Below, in pieces: positions 39,537 through 48,289 of a stretch of 64,000 nucleotides of DNA. A program made the translations under genes and the position numbers. This stretch comes from Acidobacteriota bacterium (GTDB lineage Bacteria; Acidobacteriota; Thermoanaerobaculia; Multivoradales; UBA5704). The notes beneath the pieces are model-generated. The model ran no database searches, was not told where the DNA came from, and saw only the letters and a program-made list of their open reading frames with translations. The stretch spans positions 71,096 through 135,095 of the forward strand of contig JBDTZG010000008.1 in assembly GCA_040005235.1 (NCBI GenBank), in the 5' to 3' direction. The stretch's first letter is position 1, and every line of letters begins with the position of its first letter.

Positions 39537-40765
39537 TCCCGCGCGAAGCGTTGCGTGCCGGGCTCGACAGCCTCGCCGCCCACAAGCTGCGCGCGGCTCT
39601 CGCGACGCTCGGGGTGATTTTCGGCGTCGGCGCGGTGATCGCCATGCTTTCGATCGGCAAGGGGGCCGAAAAGCAGGCGCTCGCCCTGGTCGAGCGGCTC
39701 GGGCTCCGCAATCTGGTGGTGCGCGGTCGCGATCTCGACGACGATGCGGCCAAAGAGATCCGCAAGAAATCGCTCGGCGTCTCGATGCGCGATCTCGCGG
39801 CGATCCGCGATGCGATCCCCGGCGTCGAGCTCGCGGTGCCGCGGATCAAGCTCGACGCGACCAAGGTCGAAGCGGCCGGCGCGCGTGCCGACGCGGTGAT
39901 CTGGGGCGCGGCGCCCGAGCAGGCGCAGCTCGCCCGGCTCGACCTCGCGGAGGGGCGCTATCTCGACGCGCTCGACCAGGCGACCTCGGCGCAGGTCTGC
40001 GTTCTGGGGCCGTCGGTGCGCCGCGACCTGTTCGGCCAGGAGCCCGCGCTCGGCCGGCCGGTGAAGATCGGCGACGTCTGGCTGACGGTGGTGGGCGTGC
40101 TCGCCGCGTCGGCGGGCGGCGACAGCTTCGAAGGGGTTTCGATCGGCTCGACTTCGCGCGAGGTCTATCTGCCGGTCGCGACCGCGGAGCGCAAATTCGA
40201 GCGCGAGCCGCTCGCGGCGCCGCTCGACGAGATCGCCGTGCGGTTGGCTCCGGGCATCGACATCCCCCCGGCCGCCGCGGCGCTTTCCGCGCTGCTCGCC
40301 CGGCTCCACGGCGGCGCCGAGGACTACGACTTGGTGGTGCCTGAAACCTTGCTCGAACAGAACCGCCGCACCCAGCGGCTGTTCAACATCGTAATGGGGG
40401 CGATCGCCGGGATCTCGCTTCTCGTGGGCGGCATCGGGATCATGAACATCATGCTCGCCTCGGTGCTCGAACGGACGCGCGAGATCGGCCTCCGCCGTGC
40501 GGTTGGCGCCCGACGCCAGGACATCCGGACCCAATTCCTCGCCGAGGCGTTCGCGATCAGCGGCTTGGGGGGCATCGCCGGGGTGGTTCTGGGGGTGGCG
40601 ATCGCCAAAGGAGTATCGCTCGGCGCCGGTTGGGCTACGGTGGTGACCCTGCCTTCGATCCTTCTCGCGACCGGCGTGGCATTGGCCGTTGGCCTCGCCT
40701 CCGGCTTCTATCCGGCGGCCCGCGCCGCGGAGCTAGATCCGATCGAAGCCCTGCGCTACGAGTAA
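39533..40765 (+). CDS. ABC transporter permease, MacB/FtsX family (no NBD)
   Basis: HKLRAALATLGVIFGV, ISLLVGGIGIMNIMLASVLERTREIG, LDPIEALRYE. Confidence 0.93.
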   Translation: MIPREALRAGLDSLAAHKLRAALATLGVIFGVGAVIAMLSIGKGAEKQALALVERLGLRNLVVRGRDLDDDAAKEIRKKSLGVSMRDLAAIRDAIPGVELAVPRIKLDATKVEAAGARADAVIWGAAPEQAQLARLDLAEGRYLDALDQATSAQVCVLGPSVRRDLFGQEPALGRPVKIGDVWLTVVGVLAASAGGDSFEGVSIGSTSREVYLPVATAERKFEREPLAAPLDEIAVRLAPGIDIPPAAAALSALLARLHGGAEDYDLVVPETLLEQNRRTQRLFNIVMGAIAGISLLVGGIGIMNIMLASVLERTREIGLRRAVGARRQDIRTQFLAEAFAISGLGGIAGVVLGVAIAKGVSLGAGWATVVTLPSILLATGVALAVGLASGFYPAARAAELDPIEALRYE

Positions 40766-40787
40766 ATGCTACGAGTAAGAACCGGCC

Positions 40788-42266
40788 TCAGCCTACCGGC
40801 GTGCCGAGGCGCTCGCCCCAGACGGCTTCGGATCCGATCGTCTGAATCAGCACCGCCGCGGCCGCCGGATCGGTGCCGGGCGGGAGCGCGATTTCACGAT
40901 GCAGCGGCTTGTCTCCTGCAGCGGGGCCTAGGACCAGGTCGTGATGGGTCTCGTCGGCGGCTCCGGCGTGCCGAATCGTCCAGGAGATCCGCAACGGCCC
41001 GAGCGGCGGGGCGTCTTCGGCGGAGGCGGGGAGGTCGATCAAAAGCTTTCCATCGGCGAGCTTCGCCGTTACGGGCAGGTCCTTCCGCGGCGGATCGCCC
41101 TCGAGGAGCCCGGCGAGCAAGAGATCGGCGAGGTCTTGACTCGCCCCCGTGCGGGCGAAGTGCGGCGAGACCGCGGGTGAGGAGCCGCGGGCGCTGGTTA
41201 CGGCGACGGAGACGATTTCGCCGGTTTTGGGTTCCGCGCTCACTTCATAACCGAGTACGTAGCGGTGGCCGAGAGCTTCGAGGGTCGGCCGGATCTGCTC
41301 GCTTCGATCGATCGGGATGCCGCCGGTGGCCTCGGCGAGCCCACGGGCGGCGCCGAAACCGGGGAGGGTCTCGGCCTCGATCGTCACCCGGGCGCGCGGC
41401 GGCGGCACGGCTCGCTTGCCGCGCAGCCAGCGAAGGATGCCGAGCACGTCGACGCCGCGGCCGACGAACGAGGTGTCGTTCCAATGGTCATAGGCGCTGA
41501 CGCCCGGGCCGTCGAGCCCGAACGTGGTTCGCGCGTCGAGACCCAAGGGTAGAAGCGTCCAGCCGTAGGAAGCGAGCAGCCGAGAGGTGGCGGCAATGTC
41601 CCCGGTCGGAACGCCGAAGTCGGTTGGATTCGAGCTCGCGATCGGATCGAGCGGCAGGGCGAGAGCGCGGGGACCGCCGCCGCCGTCGGCGAGCAGGAAG
41701 CGGGCGATCGCGGCCAAGTGGCCCGCCGCCACCGCCGGGGATATCTCGCGGTGCGGATCGTTCCGCCGCCGGTCGGAGCGCGCCCGGCCGGCCGCCTCGG
41801 CGAGCGTGAGCTCGATCGATTGCGCGCCGCTCAAGTTGCGCCCGATCCAGCCGATCTTGGAGTTTAGAGAATCGAAGGTCGCGAGGTCGACCGTGCCGAA
41901 GGAAGCGACGGCGTCCGATTCGCTCGCGAGCGAGAGCAGGCTCGCGACGATCGTGTCGGGATGGGCGAGGGCGGGATCGACCACCACGACCAGACGCCAG
42001 GGCGATCGCTCGCCGCCGAGCGGCAGGAGCCGGAGGACCTTGTGCGGCTCGCCGTCGATGCGGACGACGAAATCCTCCGGGCGGAGCGAACGGTCCCGCT
42101 CGGCCTGAAGCGCCGGAGGCAGGCCCACGACGATCTCCGCCTCGCGCACCGCGAGCTGATCGCGGAACGTCTCGGGCGGAGCGGCGGCGGACGAGAGGGC
42201 AGGAAAGAAAAGCGAAAGGAGCACCGCGGCAGAAAGGGCGCGAGGACGAAGGAGGCGACCGCTCAT
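40788..42266 (-). CDS. Secreted hypothetical protein, distantly VWA-like (acidobacterial type)
   Basis: Signal peptide, LRPEDFVVRIDGEP, LAEATGG..., YVLGY; start uncertain (42266-42287). Confidence 0.65.
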   Translation of the reverse strand: MSGRLLRPRALSAAVLLSLFFPALSSAAAPPETFRDQLAVREAEIVVGLPPALQAERDRSLRPEDFVVRIDGEPHKVLRLLPLGGERSPWRLVVVVDPALAHPDTIVASLLSLASESDAVASFGTVDLATFDSLNSKIGWIGRNLSGAQSIELTLAEAAGRARSDRRRNDPHREISPAVAAGHLAAIARFLLADGGGGPRALALPLDPIASSNPTDFGVPTGDIAATSRLLASYGWTLLPLGLDARTTFGLDGPGVSAYDHWNDTSFVGRGVDVLGILRWLRGKRAVPPPRARVTIEAETLPGFGAARGLAEATGGIPIDRSEQIRPTLEALGHRYVLGYEVSAEPKTGEIVSVAVTSARGSSPAVSPHFARTGASQDLADLLLAGLLEGDPPRKDLPVTAKLADGKLLIDLPASAEDAPPLGPLRISWTIRHAGAADETHHDLVLGPAAGDKPLHREIALPPGTDPAAAAVLIQTIGSEAVWGERLGTPVG

Positions 42267-42369
42267 ATCTTGCATTCTATGAGCCAATGCCAGACGGGTT
42301 GGCGGACCTGGGACGAACGGTCAGGCCGGCCGGGTGATGGTAGAGTTCGCGGAACTTCAGGAGGTAGCC

Positions 42370-43275
42370 ATGTCTTCAGGTTTCGCACTGAACTTGCCCC
42401 GCTTCGCGGCCGCCGCGACGCTCGCACTCGTCGTTCTTTCGCCGTCCGCCCAGGCCCAGGATCGCGATTTCTCCAAGATCGAGATCAAAGTCACGCCGGT
42501 CGCCGGCAAGATCTTCATGCTGGAGGGCGCCGGAGGCAACATCGGCGTTTCGGTGGGCGCCGACGGTCTCCTGATCGTCGACGATCAGTACGCACCCCTC
42601 TCGGACAAAATCCACGCCGCTTTGAAGGGCCTGTCCGAAGGCAAGCTCAAATTCATCCTCAATACCCATTGGCACGGCGATCACACCGGCGGCAACGAGA
42701 AGTTTGGTGCCGAGGCGCCGATCTTCGCCCAGACCAACGTCAGGAAGCGGATGGCGGTCGATCAGACGGTGTTCGATGAGAAGGTTCCCGCCTCGCCGGA
42801 AAAGGCGCTGCCGGTCGTCACCTTCGACGATTCTCTCGCGATCCATTTCAACGGCGAGGAGATCCAGGCGATCCACTTTCCCAACGGCCATACCGACGGC
42901 GACTCGGTGATCTTCTTCACCGGCTCGAACGTCGTCCACATGGGCGACGAGTTCTTCAACGGCATGTTTCCCTTCGTCGACATCGGCAGCGGCGGCAGCG
43001 TCGAGGGGCTCACCCGGAACGTCGGCAAAATCCTCGATCGCCTACCGGCGGACGTGAAGGTCATCCCCGGCCACGGGGCGCTCTCGAACAAAGACGGCTT
43101 GGCGAAGTTCCATCGCATGCTGGTCGAGACCTCGCGAATCGTCCACGAAGGGCTGGCGGCAGGCAAGACCGTGGATCAGATCAAAGCGGCCGGTTTCCCG
43201 GAGGAGTGGAAGCCTTGGGGCGAGGGTTTCATCAAGACCGACCAGTGGATCGAGACGATCGCGGCCAGCCATTGA
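42370..43275 (+). CDS. Secreted MBL-fold metallo-hydrolase (cyclase/glyoxylase-like)
   Basis: GGAGG SD, signal peptide, NTHWHGDHTGGN, GHTDGD, HMGD, IPGHG. Confidence 0.9.
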   Translation: MSSGFALNLPRFAAAATLALVVLSPSAQAQDRDFSKIEIKVTPVAGKIFMLEGAGGNIGVSVGADGLLIVDDQYAPLSDKIHAALKGLSEGKLKFILNTHWHGDHTGGNEKFGAEAPIFAQTNVRKRMAVDQTVFDEKVPASPEKALPVVTFDDSLAIHFNGEEIQAIHFPNGHTDGDSVIFFTGSNVVHMGDEFFNGMFPFVDIGSGGSVEGLTRNVGKILDRLPADVKVIPGHGALSNKDGLAKFHRMLVETSRIVHEGLAAGKTVDQIKAAGFPEEWKPWGEGFIKTDQWIETIAASH

Positions 43276-43354
43276 GCCGGGGGCTCGCGGTCAGGGCTCT
43301 AAAGGCTTATGATCAAGTCTAAATACAAGCCCAATCGCCCGAGGTAACGCCGCC

Positions 43355-43972
43355 ATGCGCAGACATCGAAACCACCCCATGCTCTCGGTTCGTTCGCGCG
43401 GGTTCACGATGATCGAGCTGTTGATGGTGCTGGCGCTGATGTTGATTCTGGCGCTATTCGGCTATCCGACCCTGATCAAGTACATCCACAAGAGCAGGTT
43501 GATCACGATCGCCCGCCAGACCACCAGCTTGATGAGCCTGTCGCGGTTCGAGGCGGTGAAGCGCAATCGACCGGTGCGGGTGGAGGCGGATTTTACCGGG
43601 AACCGGATGATCGCCTTCGCCGACTTGAACGCCAACGGTACGTTCGAAGAAGCGACCGACAAACTGGTCAACCGCTTTCCCCTCCCCCAAGACGTCAAAT
43701 TCTGGGGGCCGGCGGACTCCGCGCCGAACGGCGCGGACGCCATCGACAATTTTTCCGAGAATTCGTCCAAAGGGTGGGCGGTGTATCAGCCCGACGGTTC
43801 GATCGAACGGACCGGCGCGATCCGCTTTGGCGACAACGTCGGAAACTTTCTCGAAGTGCGGGTCCAAGACATCGCCGGAGCCCGCACCCGCCTGCTCAAG
43901 TGGACCACCTCGGTCTCGCCGAACGCCTGGGTCGCCGAAGGGACCGCGGGCAAGACCTGGGTCTTCAACTAA
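43355..43972 (+). CDS. GspH/FimT-family prepilin-type protein
   Basis: Class III signal RG/FTMIELLMVL, then SRFEAVKRN.PV and DLNANG; start may be 43379. Confidence 0.88.
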   Translation: MRRHRNHPMLSVRSRGFTMIELLMVLALMLILALFGYPTLIKYIHKSRLITIARQTTSLMSLSRFEAVKRNRPVRVEADFTGNRMIAFADLNANGTFEEATDKLVNRFPLPQDVKFWGPADSAPNGADAIDNFSENSSKGWAVYQPDGSIERTGAIRFGDNVGNFLEVRVQDIAGARTRLLKWTTSVSPNAWVAEGTAGKTWVFN

Positions 43973-43981
43973 AGGTTGGGG

Positions 43982-45031
43982 CTACCCTCGTAGACCTTTG
44001 ACCGTCTCGACGAAAGCCTGCGCGTTCTCCACCGGAGTGTTCGGAAAGATGCCGTGACCTAAGTTCGCGATGTGCGGCCCGCCCGCGGCGTCGCCGAGCA
44101 GCGCGCGGGTCCGCCGTTCGATCTCTTTAGGAGAAGCCAGCAGCGCCGCTGGGTCGAGATTTCCTTGGAGCACCTTGTTCGGTCCGACGATCCGGCGCAC
44201 CTCGGAGAGCGGCGTCCGCCAATCGACTGACAGGATCTGCACCGGCAGCTCGGCGAGCCCGGGCAGCAGGTGGCTCCCTCCCTGGACGTAATAGATCAAG
44301 GGCACCCGGGTCCCCAGCGCCTCGGCGATCGCGAGGATCGACGGCAGAGAGATCCGCCGCCAACGCTCCAGGTCGAGCAGGCCCCCCCAGGAGTCGAACA
44401 GTTGAATCCCCTGGGCGCCCGCGTCGATCTGGCCGAGGAGATAGTCGATCGACACCTCGGCGAGGCGGTCGAGGAGGAGCTTCAATCCATCCGGATCTTC
44501 CCAGCTCCAGCCGAGCAGATGGGTGAATTGCTTGGAGGTCCCCCCCTCGACCAGGTAGGAGGCGAGCGTCCAGGGCGTGCCGCCGAACCCGAGCACGGGC
44601 ACCCTCCCGGCCAGCTCGCGGCGGACGGTCCGCAGCGCCTCGAAGACATAGCCGAGCGTGCCCCTCACGTCGGGCCGGGCGAGATCGGCGATCCGGTCGC
44701 GATGGCGGATGGGGGAGGGAAAGACCGGTCCGTCGCCTTTCTCGAAGCGCAGCTCGGCGCCCATCGCTTCGAGCGGCAACAGGATGTCCGCGAACAAAAT
44801 CGCCGCGTCGACGCCTAAGCGGTCGATCGGTTGGATCGTCACCTTCGCCGCCAGCTCCGGGGTCTTGCACAGGGTCAGAAAATCGACCTGCGCGCGCACC
44901 TCGCGGTATTCCGGTAGGTAGCGGCCGGCCTGGCGCATCATCCAGACCGGCGGGCGCTCCACCGCTTCGCCGCGGGCGGCGCGCAGGAACAGGTCGTTGG
45001 CGGGAGCTGGGGGCGAATTCGAGGCGGACAT
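43982..45031 (-). CDS. hemE: Uroporphyrinogen decarboxylase
   Basis: PVWMMRQAGRYLPEY, DAAILFADIL, QLFDSW, LQGNLDP, NLGHG. Confidence 0.97.
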   Translation of the reverse strand: MSASNSPPAPANDLFLRAARGEAVERPPVWMMRQAGRYLPEYREVRAQVDFLTLCKTPELAAKVTIQPIDRLGVDAAILFADILLPLEAMGAELRFEKGDGPVFPSPIRHRDRIADLARPDVRGTLGYVFEALRTVRRELAGRVPVLGFGGTPWTLASYLVEGGTSKQFTHLLGWSWEDPDGLKLLLDRLAEVSIDYLLGQIDAGAQGIQLFDSWGGLLDLERWRRISLPSILAIAEALGTRVPLIYYVQGGSHLLPGLAELPVQILSVDWRTPLSEVRRIVGPNKVLQGNLDPAALLASPKEIERRTRALLGDAAGGPHIANLGHGIFPNTPVENAQAFVETVKGLRG

Positions 45032-45091
45032 GAAGGCGGAGGATACCTTCCTTCTTCAGAATCCGGCGCATGGCGTATGCTCCCAACTCCC

Positions 45092-46864
45092 ATGCTGCGA
45101 TTGGTCGCCTACGCTCCCGACGGCGTGCATCGCTATCCGCTGCACCGCTCCGAGCTCCTGATCGGGAGCCATCCCAACTGTGACATCGCCCTGGATTACG
45201 TCGGGGTCGCTCAGCAGCACGCCCGGCTCCGATACGAGGCCGGTGTGCTCAAGATCGAGGACCTCGGCAGCCGCCGCGGCACCCTGGTCTCGGGCAAGCG
45301 CGTGAAGGAAGCCGAGCTCGAAGTGCTGGACGAGATCCGGGTGGGCACCGTCACGCTGCTGGTCGAGGACGTCGCCGCCGAGAGCCCCCGGCCGCCCACG
45401 GCCGCGCCGGTCGAAGATCTGGTGCCGCGGATCACCGCCGAAGGCATGCTCGGCCACCTCTCCCGCTTGAGCGACTGGACGCTTGCCGACACCCAGAGCC
45501 GGGTGACTTCGGAGTCACTGGTGCGCGAGCTGCTGCGCGATTTCGGCGGCGGCGTGCTGTTCCTGCTGGTCGGCGAAGGGGAGCGCTCGGCGATCCGCCT
45601 CGCGGTTGCGACCGACCAGGCCTGGCTGTCGAGCGGCGAGGCGCTGCTCGATCAAGTCGTGGCGCGCGGGGGTCGCGGCGGCGGTTTCTTGGGCGCCCTC
45701 GACGGCAAGGAGGCGTGGATCGGCCACCATGCGTTCCAGGCGGTCGAGCGGTCGTACCGGCTGATCGCGGCGCTGCCGCGCTTTTCGCCCACCGAGTCGC
45801 CGTCGATCTCCGAGGCGCTGCGCGCGGTCGGCCACCTGATCGCCCTCGGGCTGATCCACCACGTCGGCGCGTTCGAGCCGATCCTGCCCGGTTCGCTCGG
45901 CCAGCAGGACCTGGTGCTCGACGCCGGACTGGTGATCGGCGAATCGCCCGCGATGAAACGGATGCTCGACGAGCTGCGCGCCGCGGTCGACCCGTCGATT
46001 CCGGTCCTGCTGCGCGGCGAGGCGGGCCTGGGCAAGCAACTGCTCGCCCATTCGCTCCACCGGTCGGGACCGCGGAGCCAGGGGCCGTTCGTGGTCGCGA
46101 TTGCGGCCGGAGCGCGCCCCGCGGCGATCGAGGCCGACCTGTTCGGCTCAGAGCTGGTCGGCCGCGACGGGACGATCCGGCGCGAGGGCAAGCTCCTGCT
46201 CGCCAACGGCGGCACGCTGTTCCTGGACGACGTCGACCACCTGCCGCTCGAAGTGCAGGCGCGCCTGGTTCGCTTCCTGCGCACCGGAGAGGTCGAGCTG
46301 GCGGACGGTCTTGAGGCCACCACGGTTGACGTCCGTCTGATCGCCGGGAGCAAAGCGCCGCTTGAAGAGGCCGTGGCGCGCGACCAGTTCCGGGTCGATC
46401 TCGCCTATCGGCTCTCCCGCACGACGGTCGACGTACCCCCCCTTCGCGATCGGAAGGAAGATCTGCCGCTCCTGATCCAGAGCTTTGTCAACCGGTTCTG
46501 CCACGATACCGGCACCCGCCTCGCCGGCATCACGGTCAAGGCGATGACCGCGCTGCTGGCCTACGACTACCCGGGCAACCTGGACGAGCTGGAAGGGATC
46601 GCGCGGCAGATGGTCTACCTCTGCCCGGCCGGCCGGCCCGTCGAGCTGAGCTCGCTGCCGGAGAAGGTGCGCAAGGGGCGCCTGCAGACCGCGCGGGTCG
46701 ACGGTACCACCGACCTCGACCTCGACCGCTTGGTAGGGATCACCGAACAGGCGGCGATCCGCGAGGCGCTGCGGCGCTCGCACGGCAACAAATCGCTCGC
46801 GGCGCGCATGCTCGGCCTGTCGCGCAACGGCCTGGCGATCAAGATGGAGCGCTTCGGCATTTAG
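45092..46864 (+). CDS. FHA-domain NtrC/Fis-family AAA+ regulator with degenerate sigma54 motifs
   Basis: FHA (IGS..CDI, HARL, DLGSRRGT), AAA+ core (GEAGLGK, GGTLFLDDV, FRVDLAYRL, YPGN), Fis HTH; start 45092 or 45077. Confidence 0.87.
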   Translation: MLRLVAYAPDGVHRYPLHRSELLIGSHPNCDIALDYVGVAQQHARLRYEAGVLKIEDLGSRRGTLVSGKRVKEAELEVLDEIRVGTVTLLVEDVAAESPRPPTAAPVEDLVPRITAEGMLGHLSRLSDWTLADTQSRVTSESLVRELLRDFGGGVLFLLVGEGERSAIRLAVATDQAWLSSGEALLDQVVARGGRGGGFLGALDGKEAWIGHHAFQAVERSYRLIAALPRFSPTESPSISEALRAVGHLIALGLIHHVGAFEPILPGSLGQQDLVLDAGLVIGESPAMKRMLDELRAAVDPSIPVLLRGEAGLGKQLLAHSLHRSGPRSQGPFVVAIAAGARPAAIEADLFGSELVGRDGTIRREGKLLLANGGTLFLDDVDHLPLEVQARLVRFLRTGEVELADGLEATTVDVRLIAGSKAPLEEAVARDQFRVDLAYRLSRTTVDVPPLRDRKEDLPLLIQSFVNRFCHDTGTRLAGITVKAMTALLAYDYPGNLDELEGIARQMVYLCPAGRPVELSSLPEKVRKGRLQTARVDGTTDLDLDRLVGITEQAAIREALRRSHGNKSLAARMLGLSRNGLAIKMERFGI

Positions 46865-48289
46865 ATGGGTTCGTCGCCCTACCTGCTCGCTCTGCTGGGT
46901 CTCGGAATCGGGGCGCTCCTCGCCTGGGGGATCGCGCGCTTGCTTGCCCGGGCGGAGCGCTCCACCCTCACCGAACGGCTGGCCGGGCGCGACCGCGAGG
47001 CGCTGGACCTGCGCGCCGAGCGGGACGAGCTGCGCCGGACCTCCTATGGCCTGCGCACGCGGGTGGCCGAGGCCGAGACCGCCCTCGAGCTGGAGCGCGA
47101 GAATGCGGGCGAGAAGCTGCGCCTGCTCGAAGGCGCGCGCGAGCAGCTCGGTCAGGCGTTTTCCGCCGCGTCGGCAGAAGCGCTGGCGAAGAACAACGAG
47201 GCGTTCCTTCATCTCGCGAAACAAAACCTGGAGGTCTTCCAGGAGCGGGCGCGCGGCGACCTGGCCGCGCGGGAGAAGGCGATCGGCGAGCTGGTCCGGC
47301 CGCTCTCCGATTCGCTCGGCAAGGTGGACGAGAAGATCCGCGAGCTGGAGGTGAGCCGCGCTCAGGCCAACACCAGCCTGACCGACCAGCTGCAACGCCT
47401 CGCGACCACTCAAGCGAGCCTGCATGTCGAGACCTCCCGCCTGGTCCAAGCGCTGCGCCAGCCGGCCACCCGCGGGCGCTGGGGGGAGATCCAGCTGCGC
47501 CGCGTGGTCGAGATGGCCGGCATGATCGAGCACTGCGACTTCGAGCAGCAGCCGGTCGGCGGCTCGATCGAAGAGGGGCGGGTGCGTCCCGATCTGACCA
47601 TCAAGCTGCCGAACGAGAAGACCATCGTGGTCGATTCCAAAGCGCCTTTGGAATCGTATCTGGCGGCGATCGAGACCGTCGATGAAGAGGCCCGCCGTCT
47701 CCATCTGGTGAGGCACGCGGCGCAGGTGCGCGCTCATCTCAACAAACTTTCGGCCAAGTCGTACTGGAGCCAGTTCGAGCCGGCGCCCGAATTCGTCGTC
47801 TTGTTTCTCCCTAGCGAAGCCTTTTTTTCGGCGGCGCTCGAGCAAGACCCGAGCTTGATCGAGGCGGGGGTGGAGCAGAAGGTGATCCTTGCCACCCCCA
47901 CGACCCTGATCGCGCTTCTGCGCGCCGTGGCCTACGGCTGGCGCCAGGAGCAGATGACCAAGAACGCGCTCGAAATCAGCAAGCTGGGCCGGGTGCTCCA
48001 CGACCGGCTGCGGACGCTCGCCGGACACTTCGGCGCGCTTTCCGGCGGCCTTGAAAGGGCGATCGACGCCTACAACAAAGCCGTCGGCTCGCTCGAAACC
48101 CGGGTGATGCCGGCGGCGCGGAAATTGAAAGAGTACGGCGCTACCTCCGGCGAAGAGATCGAGGAGCTGGCGCCGATCGACCGGATTCCGCGGGCGCTGC
48201 AAACGCAGCTGCATTTCTTTCCGCCGTCGGACGCCGACGATGCGGAGGCGGACGAGCTCGGAGAGCCGGAAGACAAGGAAACGCGATGA
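46865..48289 (+). CDS. rmuC: DNA recombination protein RmuC
   Basis: TM + coiled coil, RGRWGEIQL, RPD..I.LP, VDSKAP, EFVVLFLPSE, ATPTTLIALL. Confidence 0.95.
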   Translation: MGSSPYLLALLGLGIGALLAWGIARLLARAERSTLTERLAGRDREALDLRAERDELRRTSYGLRTRVAEAETALELERENAGEKLRLLEGAREQLGQAFSAASAEALAKNNEAFLHLAKQNLEVFQERARGDLAAREKAIGELVRPLSDSLGKVDEKIRELEVSRAQANTSLTDQLQRLATTQASLHVETSRLVQALRQPATRGRWGEIQLRRVVEMAGMIEHCDFEQQPVGGSIEEGRVRPDLTIKLPNEKTIVVDSKAPLESYLAAIETVDEEARRLHLVRHAAQVRAHLNKLSAKSYWSQFEPAPEFVVLFLPSEAFFSAALEQDPSLIEAGVEQKVILATPTTLIALLRAVAYGWRQEQMTKNALEISKLGRVLHDRLRTLAGHFGALSGGLERAIDAYNKAVGSLETRVMPAARKLKEYGATSGEEIEELAPIDRIPRALQTQLHFFPPSDADDAEADELGEPEDKETR

